The translations under genes and the position numbers were made by a program. Below the pieces are notes generated by a model. That model ran no database searches. It saw nothing but the letters and a program-made list of their open reading frames with translations, and was not told the DNA's origin. From assembly GCA_965243135.1 (NCBI GenBank), contig OZ251539.1:1888001-1952000 (forward strand): a stretch of 64,000 nucleotides of DNA, in the 5' to 3' direction. The stretch comes from Alphaproteobacteria bacterium (GTDB lineage Bacteria > Pseudomonadota > Alphaproteobacteria > MPNO01 > UBA830). Below, piece after piece: positions 1 through 9,651 of this stretch; the first letter of the stretch is position 1; each line of letters starts with the position of its first letter.

Positions 1-605
1 AGGCCCGCCTGCGAGAACTTGCTCACCCCCGTCAGGAAAACGAAACGGAGATGCCTGTCGCAGTCCTTGACCGCTCCGTACAGGCTGCGCAGGAAGTCGC
101 GGTTGGCCGTCGCCAGCTCCCGGTCGCCGAGCGCGTCCAAGATCGGCTTGTCGTATTCGTCGACCAGAACGACCGCCTGCTGCCCGGTGCGCTCGTGCAG
201 GGCCTCGATCAATTCCCAGAAACGGTTCGACGCCTCGACAGGGCCCGGTTCGAGGCCGGCGCGCCTCTCCGCCGCCGCCAACTGTCTTTCCACGGTTTCC
301 CGAACCCCGTCCGGAACGACGAAATTGCCCCTGCCGAAGCTGAGCCGCACGACCGGACTGCGCGCCGACCAGTCCCAATTGTCGTGCACGGCGAGGCCCC
401 GGAACAGCTCCTCGCTTCCCTCGAACAGCTCCTGCAACGTGTCCACAAGCAGGGTCTTGCCGAACCGGCGCGGACGCGACAGGAAGTAGTACTTGCCCCT
501 CTCGACGAGGCGGCGCACATGGTCCGTCTTGTCGACGTAGTAGCAATCCCTCGTCCGGATTTCCCTGAGAGAGGTCATCCCGATCGGAAGCATGAGTCTT
601 TCCAT
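1..605 (-). CDS. AAA-ATPase-like / PD-(D/E)XK family protein, 5' part (copy 1; runs off the window start)
   Basis: Manual translation from ATG at 605: MERLMLPIGMTSLREIRTRDCYYVDKT...SRPRRFGKT (Walker A)...VVLVDEYDKP (Walker B)...FLTGVSKFS; homologous to the array copies. Confidence 0.9.
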   Translation of the reverse strand, partial: MERLMLPIGMTSLREIRTRDCYYVDKTDHVRRLVERGKYYFLSRPRRFGKTLLVDTLQELFEGSEELFRGLAVHDNWDWSARSPVVRLSFGRGNFVVPDGVRETVERQLAAAERRAGLEPGPVEASNRFWELIEALHERTGQQAVVLVDEYDKPILDALGDRELATANRDFLRSLYGAVKDCDRHLRFVFLTGVSKFSQAG

Positions 606-1302
606 TCGGCAAGAATAGGCCGCCGCGACGGAAACTGTCAATTTATTTCAGACGCGCCGTGCCACGTTCTTGCCGGCTGCCGTCCGCTCGGCGCTCCGCT
701 CTTCGCCTGACAGCCAGTTGTCACACGGATCATTTATAGGCACTCTCTCAAGCTTGAAGCGCAACATGCATGGCGGCCGACTGACCGTCCGCATGCAACG
801 GAGAGGTCAGGCGGTCGATCTCCGTAAGCGTTCGCTACCCGGGATTTCGTCCGGGGACCGAACACGGGATCCTTCGCCCCTTTTGCTGCGACCGACGGAC
901 GAGGGGCTTTGTCGCCGGCAACGGCCCTCCGGCGACGGGACGAGGCGCGCAGGAAGCGGAAACGTCGCGCGGAGGCAGGTCAGCAGGCGACGGTCCGGAA
1001 AACGCAGCACGGTCGGGCGCGGGGCCGAGGCGGCGCGCAACGAGCTGAAACGCCTGAAGTCCGCCTCTTCGGTGAACGGGCTTGAGCGGGAAGCGGGCCG
1101 CCTTCGGCACGATCTTGCGAGGCCGGGGAAGCGACTCGACGAGACCGAACGCGAGAACGCCCGCCTGCGGACGCGCCGCGAGTTCCCGGTCAGGACGCGG
1201 CCTCCGGGAATCCGCCCGTTCGACCGCGGAGAGGCCGCGCCGGCGGCCCCACGAACGAAACGCGCAGGGGGACCGCACCGGTCAACCGCAACAGGAGCAG
1301 AG

Positions 1303-2655
1303 ATGCGACCGCAGATGAAACTCGGCATGTTCTATTGGCCTTGCGGCCACCACATTGCCGCATGGCGCCATCCCGACGCGTTCGCCGATTCCGGCGCCAA
1401 CGTCCAACACCTCGTCGACCTCGCCAAACTTTCGGAACGCGGCCTGTTCGACATGTTCTTCATGGCCGACAGCGTCACCTTCTGGCGCGGCGATCTCGAC
1501 TCCATGATTCGGGATTCCTACGGCGCCTGGATAGAACCGTTCACTCTCATGTGCACCCTGGCTCAGCACACGAGGCATCTCGGCCTCGTCTGCACCGCGA
1601 CGGCGACCTACGACCAGCCTTATTCGCTTGCGCGCCGTTTCGCCTCGCTCGATCTGGCCAGCGGGGGCCGCGCCGGATGGAACCTGGTGACGAGCGGCAA
1701 CAAGTTGGAGGCGGATAGTTTCGGGTTGACCGAACACGTCGAGAAGTCGGCCCGTTACCGGCGGGCGGGAGAGTTCGCTCACGCGGTGCGCGGACTCTGG
1801 AACTCTTGGGACGACGGCGCCTTCCTGCGCGACAAGGACGCCGGGGTCTATTACGACCGCGACAAGATCCGGATTCTGGAATACGAGGGCGAGTTTCTGC
1901 GCTGTCGCGGTCCACTCAACGTGCCGCCGTCGCCGCAGGGCGAACCGGTTCTCGTTCAGGCCGGCGCGTCCGAGGACGGCCGCGAACTGGCCGCCGCCAC
2001 GGCCGAGGTCGTGTTCGGAGCCGCGCAGACCATCGACTACGCGCAAGCGTTTTATTCGGACGTGAAGGGCCGCATGTCGACTTACGGCCGCGACCCGGAC
2101 AGCCTGAAAATCATGCCCGGCCTGTCGGTCAACGTGGGGAGCACCAGATCCGAAGCGGAAGCCAAATTCGAGGAGCTTCAGGATCTCATCGATCCGACGA
2201 CGGGGTTGGCGTTGCTGTCGCAGCGACTGGATTACGATCTCTCCGGCTACGACGTGGACGATCCGTTTCCGGACATTCCGGCGACCGGCGGCAGCCGCGC
2301 CGAAATCCTTATCGGAACCGCCCGCTCCAACGACATGACCATCAAGGATCTGTACCGCCACATCGCCGGCGCGCGGGGCCATTACCAGATCAACGGGACG
2401 CCCGGGGACATCGCCGACATGATGGAGGAATGGGTGACCGAGGCCGCCTGCGACGGCTTCAACATCATGCCTCCTCTCTATCCCAACGGCCTGGAGGACT
2501 TTATCGAGATGGTCGTGCCGGAACTGCAGCGCCGCGGCTTGTACCGGACCCGATACGAAGCGACGACGCTGCGCGGCAATCTCGGCCTGGAGCGTCCGCC
2601 GTGGCCCCCGCCTGCGGACGATGCGAACGCCGCGAGAAACCCGCGGACAGCCTGA
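1303..2655 (+). CDS. LLM-class flavin-dependent monooxygenase (NtaA/SnaA/DszA type)
   Basis: AWRHP, FDMFFMAD, ARRFASLDLASGGRAGWNLVTS, QAGASEDG, DGFNIMP, VVPELQRRGL, TLRGNLGL; AGGAG upstream of ATG 1303 (ORF-track start at 670 is an extension). Confidence 0.92.
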   Translation: MRPQMKLGMFYWPCGHHIAAWRHPDAFADSGANVQHLVDLAKLSERGLFDMFFMADSVTFWRGDLDSMIRDSYGAWIEPFTLMCTLAQHTRHLGLVCTATATYDQPYSLARRFASLDLASGGRAGWNLVTSGNKLEADSFGLTEHVEKSARYRRAGEFAHAVRGLWNSWDDGAFLRDKDAGVYYDRDKIRILEYEGEFLRCRGPLNVPPSPQGEPVLVQAGASEDGRELAAATAEVVFGAAQTIDYAQAFYSDVKGRMSTYGRDPDSLKIMPGLSVNVGSTRSEAEAKFEELQDLIDPTTGLALLSQRLDYDLSGYDVDDPFPDIPATGGSRAEILIGTARSNDMTIKDLYRHIAGARGHYQINGTPGDIADMMEEWVTEAACDGFNIMPPLYPNGLEDFIEMVVPELQRRGLYRTRYEATTLRGNLGLERPPWPPPADDANAARNPRTA

Positions 2656-2951
2656 AGCGGAAGATCAGCGCGCTCCGGCAAGCCGACCGCCTGGCCGCAC
2701 GATGTCGTTTCCGCCACTCGCCCGCCTCGGGCACGCGGCGAGCGGCCGATCCCGCTTCTTCCGCGCCGCGGGCGCCGGGAAGCTCCCGGAACCTTCCGAT
2801 CCCTGGTCCCCGGCGAATGCGCCGACGGCGACCTCCCAATGGTTAGCCGGAAGCTTCTTCAGCCGAACGGTCGATTTTCGGGAACCGTCGCGGACGAAAA
2901 GGCCGGTCGGGAGCGCGCGTAATCAACGGGGTCGCTGGAATCCGGCGGCGC

Positions 2952-4145
2952 TCAGGCCAGGCTGCGCGCTTTTTCGAGCGCGGCGATCATCGACGACTGC
3001 AGAAGGTATTCTCTCGCCCGCACGGGATCGGCCGCCGTTCGCCGAAGTTCGCCGTGCCTGGCGTCGCGCGCCGCGGCGTCGTTTTCCTCCAGCAGCGCTT
3101 TATTTCGCATGGTGGCGTGCTGAACGTATTCGACCGCGATCGGACGGCGTTGCGCATCGTAGCGATCGAACTCGCGTTCGTCCGCCCGGCCGTGCCACAC
3201 GGCCGCCAACTTCTCGCAAAGGTTGACCGCGTCGTGAATGCCGCCGTTCATTCCCATCCCGCCGAGCGGATTGTTGATGTGGGCGGAGTCGCCCGCGAGA
3301 AACACCCGGCCCTTGCGATAGGCTTCGGCGACTCGCTGGTGCACGGCGTAAGCGGTGCGATGACAGGTCTCGTATCCGCTTTCTTTCGGACAGACCTCGC
3401 GCATGCGCGCCTGAACGGTCGTTTCCGAAACCAGCGATTCGGCGGTCTCGCCGGGGCGCGACGGCATCAGCAGCCGCCACATTCCCGGAACTCGCACGAA
3501 GACGAACCAGAACTCCGGATCGGCGACGTATGCGATGGGCGCGAGGTTCTCGAAATGGTTCTCGAACGGGTATTCCGTGCTCGTGCACAGCCACAGCTCG
3601 GGAAAGGTCAGGCCGGGAAACTCGATTCCCTGCCCGATCCGTATCGCGCTCGAGGCGCCGTCGGCCGCGACGAGGTAACGGCCTCTCAGCGTTTCAGGAC
3701 CGTTCGGCCCGTCGACGGCAAGGGATACGCCGTCGTCGTCCTGACTGGCCGCCGCCGCCCGAACGCCGAAACGCAAATCCACGAGATCCCGCTTCCGAAG
3801 CTCGTCGACGACGATCCCGGTAAGCTTGTACTGTTCGCACTGCACCCGGTACGGATGCCGCGTGTCGTTGCGCAGCAGGCCGAGGTCCCATTCCGCGATC
3901 ACCCCTTGCCTCGCGTCGCGGTATTGCCAGACGGGGCAGACGATCCCGGCTTCGAGCAGCCCGCCGGCCACGCCGAGATCGTCGAGCATGTCCAGCGTCG
4001 GAGGATGGAACGTGGACGCGCGCAGGTCCGCCGGCAATTCGGCGCACGCCTCGACCAGGGTGACGGGAATTCCGCTCTGCGAGAGACAAAGCGCGGCGAC
4101 GCAGCCGACGGGCCCGGCTCCTGCGACGAGAACGCGATCAGGCAT
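2952..4145 (-). CDS. FAD-dependent monooxygenase (aromatic hydroxylase family)
   Basis: VLVAGAGPVG Rossmann motif, LVAADGASSAIR, VFLAGDSAHINNPLGGMGMNGGIHDA. Confidence 0.9.
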   Translation of the reverse strand: MPDRVLVAGAGPVGCVAALCLSQSGIPVTLVEACAELPADLRASTFHPPTLDMLDDLGVAGGLLEAGIVCPVWQYRDARQGVIAEWDLGLLRNDTRHPYRVQCEQYKLTGIVVDELRKRDLVDLRFGVRAAAASQDDDGVSLAVDGPNGPETLRGRYLVAADGASSAIRIGQGIEFPGLTFPELWLCTSTEYPFENHFENLAPIAYVADPEFWFVFVRVPGMWRLLMPSRPGETAESLVSETTVQARMREVCPKESGYETCHRTAYAVHQRVAEAYRKGRVFLAGDSAHINNPLGGMGMNGGIHDAVNLCEKLAAVWHGRADEREFDRYDAQRRPIAVEYVQHATMRNKALLEENDAAARDARHGELRRTAADPVRAREYLLQSSMIAALEKARSLA

Positions 4146-4150
4146 GCGAA

Positions 4151-4561
4151 CTACAGTTCGCCTTCCTTCTCCGCCTGATCGAGCGCTTCCCGAGCGCTTC
4201 TGAAGGCGTCCACTCCGGCCGGAACGCCGCAGTAGACCGTCGCATGCGCGAGCGTGTCCCTGATTTCCTCGAGCGTGCAGCCGTTTCTCAGCGCTCCGCG
4301 CGTATGCGTTTTCAACTCCTGCATTTTTCCCAGCGCCGTCAGAATCGCGAGATTCAGCAGGCTTCGGGTCTTGTGGTCCAACGTCTCGTTCGTCCACGCG
4401 CCGCCCCAGCAATGCTCCGTCACCATCGTCTGGATCACGCCGGTGAACGGATCCGTCTCGGCGCGCTCGATCTGGGGATCGACGTATTCGGCGCCGAGCA
4501 CCTTCCTTCTTACCGCAAGTCCCGCTTCGTAAAGGTTCCGATCTACGGGTTCGATCGCCAT
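4151..4561 (-). CDS. Carboxymuconolactone decarboxylase (CMD/PcaC-like) family protein
   Basis: YEAGLAVRRKVLGAEYVD...CWGGAW...TRSLLNLAILTALG...HTRGALRNG...YCGVPAG; AGGAG RBS upstream. Confidence 0.88.
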   Translation of the reverse strand: MAIEPVDRNLYEAGLAVRRKVLGAEYVDPQIERAETDPFTGVIQTMVTEHCWGGAWTNETLDHKTRSLLNLAILTALGKMQELKTHTRGALRNGCTLEEIRDTLAHATVYCGVPAGVDAFRSAREALDQAEKEGEL

Positions 4562-4572
4562 TTCGCTTCTCC

Positions 4573-5241
4573 TTAGGATGTCGGCGCGAAGTCCGCTGCC
4601 GCGGATTCGCCCTTGTGATAGCGCTTTCCGAAGCGCCGGTAACGGACAGTATGCCGCGCTCGCCCGCCGCCGCGCGCGAGTCGGCGGCGCCGTTCCAGCG
4701 CGAACGGCGGCCCCTCCTCCTCGACATAGTGAAGAACCATGTGCGTGAACGGCTCCGGATTGGCGTCGACGATGCGAAGGTAACGAATCATCCGCCAATC
4801 GGCGTCGCGGAACAGCGCCGGCGCGTGTTCGCCTTCGCACCAGTCGACGAAGGAGGCTTCGTTGGAAACCGCGAAGAAGCCGGCGAGAATGTCGCTGGCG
4901 GACAGCGGATCCTCGCACGCCTCGCGGACGCGGAAACCGATTTCCTCCCCGACGTAGCGCGTGAACCCCGCAACGGAGGAAAGCATGTTCCTGGTCGGCG
5001 AGTCCGGCGCGTACTTCCTGCTTCGGTATTCGGGATCGGCAAGCGCCGCCGGCGATTCGAGTTCGTAGACGGCGAGGTACCGGGATTCGTCCTTGTAGCG
5101 TTGTCCGGAAACGAAACCGGGAACGCCGTAGACGTGACTGGGCATATGGTGATCGAAGTACCAGCGGTTGAAGCGGTCCTCGGCGCCGTCCGGCGGCGTC
5201 ATCTGCGAGAACAAAACGGCCGCGCCCTTGAGAGCGAGCAT
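4573..5241 (-). CDS. Hypothetical protein with two EthD-like (dimeric alpha/beta barrel) repeats
   Basis: MLALKGAAVLFSQM...FNRWYFDHHMP...VPGFVSGQRY...YLAVYELES and a second FVDWCEGEHAP motif; start overlaps the upstream stop codon. Confidence 0.7.
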   Translation of the reverse strand: MLALKGAAVLFSQMTPPDGAEDRFNRWYFDHHMPSHVYGVPGFVSGQRYKDESRYLAVYELESPAALADPEYRSRKYAPDSPTRNMLSSVAGFTRYVGEEIGFRVREACEDPLSASDILAGFFAVSNEASFVDWCEGEHAPALFRDADWRMIRYLRIVDANPEPFTHMVLHYVEEEGPPFALERRRRLARGGGRARHTVRYRRFGKRYHKGESAAADFAPTS

Positions 5242-6584
5242 CAGATCCGCCTGCAAGCCGCGTCCAGCGCCCGGACGGTGTCCTCCAGATCCTGGTCGGT
5301 GTGAACGGCCGAAACGAACCGGCGCACGTTGGGCAGGACGTACAGTCCCTCCGCCAACTGGCCCAGGTCGAGCGCGCGGGCGGCCGCCATGTCCGAATGC
5401 ACGACGTCCGCATGGTTCGCCGGCGGGCGGTCCATGAACAGGATCTGCCAGAACGACGCCCGGCCGGCCGCGATCGCCGGGACGCGGTTGCGGTCGAGAA
5501 CCTGCTGGCAGGCCCGGCAGACATCGTCCGCCCGCGCATGAAGATCGGCGTAAAACGACGGTTCTTCGACCTCGTCGAGCGTGGCCAGCGCCGCCGCCGC
5601 GCCGACCGGATTGCCGTGCATCGTGCCGTTGACGTGCGCGTAGTCGGCGTTGCCCCGGTTGCGCGGGTTCATCAAGTCGACGAGCGCCGCCCTGCCGGCG
5701 ACGCATCCGAGCGCGCCGCCGCCGCCGACGATCTTGCCGTAACTCGCGAGATCGGGCATCACCCCGAAGTATTCCTGCGCGCCGCCGAGCGCCAGACGGA
5801 AGCCGGTCACCACTTCGTCGAAGATCAAGAGCACCTCGTTTTCGTCGCAGAGGCGGCGCAGACCCGCCAGGAACCCTTCTCGCGGGAAGACGATCCGTTG
5901 CACGGGCTCGACGATGACGGCGGCCAGATCCTCGCGGTGCTCCCGCAAGATCCGTCCGGCGGCTTCGAGATCGTTGTACGGAGCGACGAGAACGTTGTCG
6001 ATCATGTTCGCCGGCAAGCCGCCGGTTTCCGGCCTGCCTTGCGGATAGTTGGAAACGGCCGGGGCCGTGACGCTGAACTCCGCGTAGTCGTGATTGCCGT
6101 GATAAGCGCCCTCGAACTTGAGGATCTTGCTGCGGCCCGTGGCGGCGCGGGCCGCCCTGAGCGCATAGGCCGTCGCTTCGGAGCCGGTGGTGGTGAAAAC
6201 GATTCGCTCGGCGCACGGAATGAGGCGCTTCAACCTTTCCGCAAGCTGGAGGCATTGCTCGTTGACCATGCCGAAGAAATGAATTCCCCGCCCCGCCTGC
6301 TCCGCGACGGCTTCGACCACGGTCGGAAACGCGTGCCCGAGCACCAGGGCGCCCGCTCCGCCGACGTAATCGATGTACCAGCGCCCGCGGACGTCCTGGA
6401 CCCGCGATCCCTCTCCCTTGCTTATGACGAAACGCACGTCGTCGGGCAACGAATAGCTGCCCAGCCCGCCGCCGGGGAGGCTCTCGTCGGCAATGCCGAA
6501 ATAGGCGTCGTGCGCATCGTCCGATCGCGCGTCGTTCCTCGCGGCTTGATTCATTTCATGAAGTCCCGTGTCCGCCATCCTCAA
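5241..6584 (-). CDS. Class III PLP aminotransferase (glutamate-1-semialdehyde aminomutase-like)
   Basis: YIDYVGGAGALVLGH, TGSEAT, KFEGAYHG, LIFDEVVTGFR, ASYGKIVGGG, GTMHGNP; exact start uncertain. Confidence 0.9.
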   Translation of the reverse strand: MRMADTGLHEMNQAARNDARSDDAHDAYFGIADESLPGGGLGSYSLPDDVRFVISKGEGSRVQDVRGRWYIDYVGGAGALVLGHAFPTVVEAVAEQAGRGIHFFGMVNEQCLQLAERLKRLIPCAERIVFTTTGSEATAYALRAARAATGRSKILKFEGAYHGNHDYAEFSVTAPAVSNYPQGRPETGGLPANMIDNVLVAPYNDLEAAGRILREHREDLAAVIVEPVQRIVFPREGFLAGLRRLCDENEVLLIFDEVVTGFRLALGGAQEYFGVMPDLASYGKIVGGGGALGCVAGRAALVDLMNPRNRGNADYAHVNGTMHGNPVGAAAALATLDEVEEPSFYADLHARADDVCRACQQVLDRNRVPAIAAGRASFWQILFMDRPPANHADVVHSDMAAARALDLGQLAEGLYVLPNVRRFVSAVHTDQDLEDTVRALDAACRRI

Positions 6585-6724
6585 CCCGGATGGCCCGGAG
6601 AGCTAATGCCAGAATATCGAAAAAATGGCGATTCGGCATCCCGGCATTCGTTGGGCCTCCGGCCTGATTTTTCGAACGTAGCCGAACGGTCGTCAAGCGC
6701 AGGGGCGTTCCGTCGCGGAAAAAT

Positions 6725-7339
6725 TCAGGGAAGGTCGGCCAGATGCCGAAGGAACTGCCGCATTTGCTGAACGTTGGCGTCCAGCATCGAGTTGTCCAGC
6801 CACCATTCGGCGTCCGGCCGCAATTTCTTTTGCGGCTTGTAATCCGGATCCCTGGTAACGGAACGAAACGTGGCCGTCCCGCTGTCGGTATCGACGATCA
6901 TGGCCTTCTTCCAATCGTCGTTGGGATCGGAAGCAACCACGAAAAACGGATCGGAGCCCCAGTCTTCGCTCGGCGCGGTCAGTATGCGCAGCCATTCCGC
7001 CTTGTCGGCGGCCGCCGTTTCGCTGGAAACGATGGTCTCGAAATTCGAATAACGGCGCGGGTCGAGATACTCGTCCTTCAATCCGCCTCGTTTCTCCATG
7101 TCGTTCATCATCTTGAGGGCGGTATCCGACGGAATATTCCAGAATTTTCCCTTCGCGAAATAAAATCGACGATTTGAACCTTTTTGGGAATAGCGCGTTC
7201 GCCAACTCAGAACCCACCAAGAATCTTCGACGTCGATCGGCTTCTTGACCTGCAGAGCCAGCTCGACGGGTACGCCGTTGACAGTCTCCGTAACCTCGAA
7301 CTTTTTTCTGTATGTCGTCGTCGAATCGAGCGATTTCAT
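6725..7339 (-). CDS. Hypothetical protein (Trp/Asp/Lys-rich, lower GC than neighbours)
   Basis: MKSLDSTTTYRKKFEVTETVNGVPVEL...; protein-like composition; GGAG upstream of ATG 7339. Confidence 0.65.
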   Translation of the reverse strand: MKSLDSTTTYRKKFEVTETVNGVPVELALQVKKPIDVEDSWWVLSWRTRYSQKGSNRRFYFAKGKFWNIPSDTALKMMNDMEKRGGLKDEYLDPRRYSNFETIVSSETAAADKAEWLRILTAPSEDWGSDPFFVVASDPNDDWKKAMIVDTDSGTATFRSVTRDPDYKPQKKLRPDAEWWLDNSMLDANVQQMRQFLRHLADLP

Positions 7340-7468
7340 GTCTCTTGCTCCGTTTGTCGCCGAAACTGCCGACCGCTGCCGGAGTTCCCGGTTGCGGCGC
7401 CTTCCCTTTCCTTCCCGGGAGCGGGCGATCGCCCTGCGCTCCTGCATGCGCGCGGGCGCGGCGAAAGA

Positions 7469-9511
7469 TCATGCACTGCGATGGCAATCGAGCGAACCGG
7501 ATTCGCGAACCCGTAAATTCCAGTCGGGCGGCACGACCGAGGTGCCCCCTTCCTCCTCCACGATCGCCGGACCTTCGTAGCGCTCCCCGGCCTTCATTCC
7601 GGCACGGCTCAAGACCGGGCACTTCGTCCATCCGTCCCCGAACCAGACCGGCCGGGTTTCGATCAAGAGAGGCGCGCCGTCGTCCGCCGCGAAACCCAGC
7701 CTCGGCTTGTCGATCTTGCCCAACGAAACGAGCCGGACCGTCACCAGTTCGACCTCGTTGTGCCGGTCGGCGCGTCCGAACGTTCGTTCGTGGCGCTCAT
7801 GAAACGCCTCCGCGAGCATGGCCCAATCCGTCGCGGCGGGATCGCAAGGAATCATCAGCGTAAACGATTGGCCGACGTAACGCATGTCCACGGAAAAGGC
7901 ATGTTCGTGGCGGTCCTCCTCGATTCCGTCTTCCTTGAGCAATTCGGCCCCCTCGCGGCGCATCGCCTCCGCCAGCGACCGGAATTCCCCGAGATCGATC
8001 CGCGACAGGGGCCCGCCCCACGGGACGACGAAGTCGCGGCGGAGGTCGGCGAGAAGTTGCCCCAGAGCCGAAAGATGACCCGGAAAACGCGGCACGATCA
8101 CCCGCGGAATCATCAGCTCTTCCGCCACGAGAAAGACGTGCATCGGTCCGGCGCCGCCGAATCCCAGCAATGCGAAGTCGCGCGGGTCGAATCCCCGATG
8201 GACCGAGACCTCGCGCACCGCGCCCGCCATCTTCGACACGGCGATGCGCACGACGCCGTCCGCGAGTTCGACGGGAGATCCTCCGCCGATGGCCGGATTG
8301 CGGGCCAGATTTTCGTAAGCCTCGAGCGCCAGCTCCTTCGACAGCCGCAATCCGCCGGCCAGCGGTCGCTCGGACGAAAGGCGCCCCAGCAGGAGATTCG
8401 CGTCCGAGATCGTCGGCTCGGCGCCGCCCCTCCCGTAGCAGGCCGGGCCGGGAACCGCTCCCGCGCTTCGCGGGCCGGCGTCCAGCGCGCCGTCCGGCTG
8501 TATCCAGGCGATCGAGCCTCCGCCCGCGCCGATCGTGTTTATGTCCGACTGCGGAATCTGCAATGGATAGGCATCGATTTGATTGGCGTGGCTGATCCTC
8601 GGTTCCAACCGGTGAATCAACGCTACGTCGGTGCTGGTCCCGCCCATGTCGAAAGTGATGCAATCGTCGATTCCGGCCATGCGGCAGACTTCCACCGCCC
8701 CGCCGACGCCGCCCACCGGACCGGATAGAAAGGTTCCCGCGGCGAAGCCGGCGGCGCGCTCGAGCGTCATCGCGCCGCCGTTGGACCCCATGATGCTGAC
8801 CGGAGCGGTTACGCCCTGCGCGCCGAGTTCGCTTGCGAGGGCGTCGAGATAATCGACGATCACCGGCGTCAGGTAGGCGTTGAGCACGCAAGTGGAAAAG
8901 CGCTCGAACTCTCCCTTCTCCCGCACGACCTCGGTGGACGCGCATATCGGCAGGTCGCCCGCCAATTTCCTCAGTTCGGCAACCGCCCGGCGTTCGTTCT
9001 CGTCGTTGCGATAGGCGTTGACGAACGCGATGGCGACGGCCGCGACGCCGCCCGCGCGAAGCCGTTCGGCGACGGGCGCGAAGTCGATATCGTCCGCTCC
9101 GGCCAACACCGTTCCGTCGGCGGCGACGCGTTCCGGGACCTCCAGGCGCAGATCGCGATCCACGAGCGGGCGCGGGCGCGCGAACCTTATGTCGAACAGC
9201 CCGCCGATCAGCCGCCGCGTCCTGCCGATTTCGAGAGCGTCGCGAAAGCCTTCCGTCGTAATCAGCCCGGTCTTCGCCCCCTTCCGCTCCAGCAACGCGT
9301 TCGTCGCGATCGTGGTGCCGTGGACGAAGGCGCGGATGTCGCGCCGGTCGACGCCGAGTCGATCGAGAGCGGCGAGCACGCCTTTCCACTGGCTCCCCGG
9401 AATCGACGGAACCTTCTCCGAGGACAACGCCTCGGTTTCGAGGTCGAGACAAAGGAGATCCGTAAAGGTGCCGCCCACGTCGACGCCTATGCGGAAACGT
9501 TCGCTGCTCAT
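7469..9511 (-). CDS. Hydantoinase/oxoprolinase A subunit
   Basis: RIGVDVGGTFTD, HGTTIATNALLERKG, LSGPVGGV, DMGGTSTDV, IGAGGGSIA, GPACYGRGG, FGGAGPMH. Confidence 0.93.
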   Translation of the reverse strand: MSSERFRIGVDVGGTFTDLLCLDLETEALSSEKVPSIPGSQWKGVLAALDRLGVDRRDIRAFVHGTTIATNALLERKGAKTGLITTEGFRDALEIGRTRRLIGGLFDIRFARPRPLVDRDLRLEVPERVAADGTVLAGADDIDFAPVAERLRAGGVAAVAIAFVNAYRNDENERRAVAELRKLAGDLPICASTEVVREKGEFERFSTCVLNAYLTPVIVDYLDALASELGAQGVTAPVSIMGSNGGAMTLERAAGFAAGTFLSGPVGGVGGAVEVCRMAGIDDCITFDMGGTSTDVALIHRLEPRISHANQIDAYPLQIPQSDINTIGAGGGSIAWIQPDGALDAGPRSAGAVPGPACYGRGGAEPTISDANLLLGRLSSERPLAGGLRLSKELALEAYENLARNPAIGGGSPVELADGVVRIAVSKMAGAVREVSVHRGFDPRDFALLGFGGAGPMHVFLVAEELMIPRVIVPRFPGHLSALGQLLADLRRDFVVPWGGPLSRIDLGEFRSLAEAMRREGAELLKEDGIEEDRHEHAFSVDMRYVGQSFTLMIPCDPAATDWAMLAEAFHERHERTFGRADRHNEVELVTVRLVSLGKIDKPRLGFAADDGAPLLIETRPVWFGDGWTKCPVLSRAGMKAGERYEGPAIVEEEGGTSVVPPDWNLRVRESGSLDCHRSA

Positions 9512-9651
9512 CGATTGACTGTGCGCATTCCTTCGCGGCCGCCCCGAGGGGCGAACGGGGCGGAGCTTAACCCATGCGGGCGCCCGCCGCCATGGCCTTG
9601 CCTTGTCCGCCTGCGGGCGGAGCGCTTCTTTCTCGAGCGGCGGTCCGCGTC

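Noticed and set aside
670-1302. N-terminal extension of the LLM monooxygenase
   Set aside because: Arg-rich non-protein-like sequence; a good RBS and family N-terminus start at 1303. A short coiled-coil-like piece (~1040-1180) may be a gene remnant but could not be assigned.
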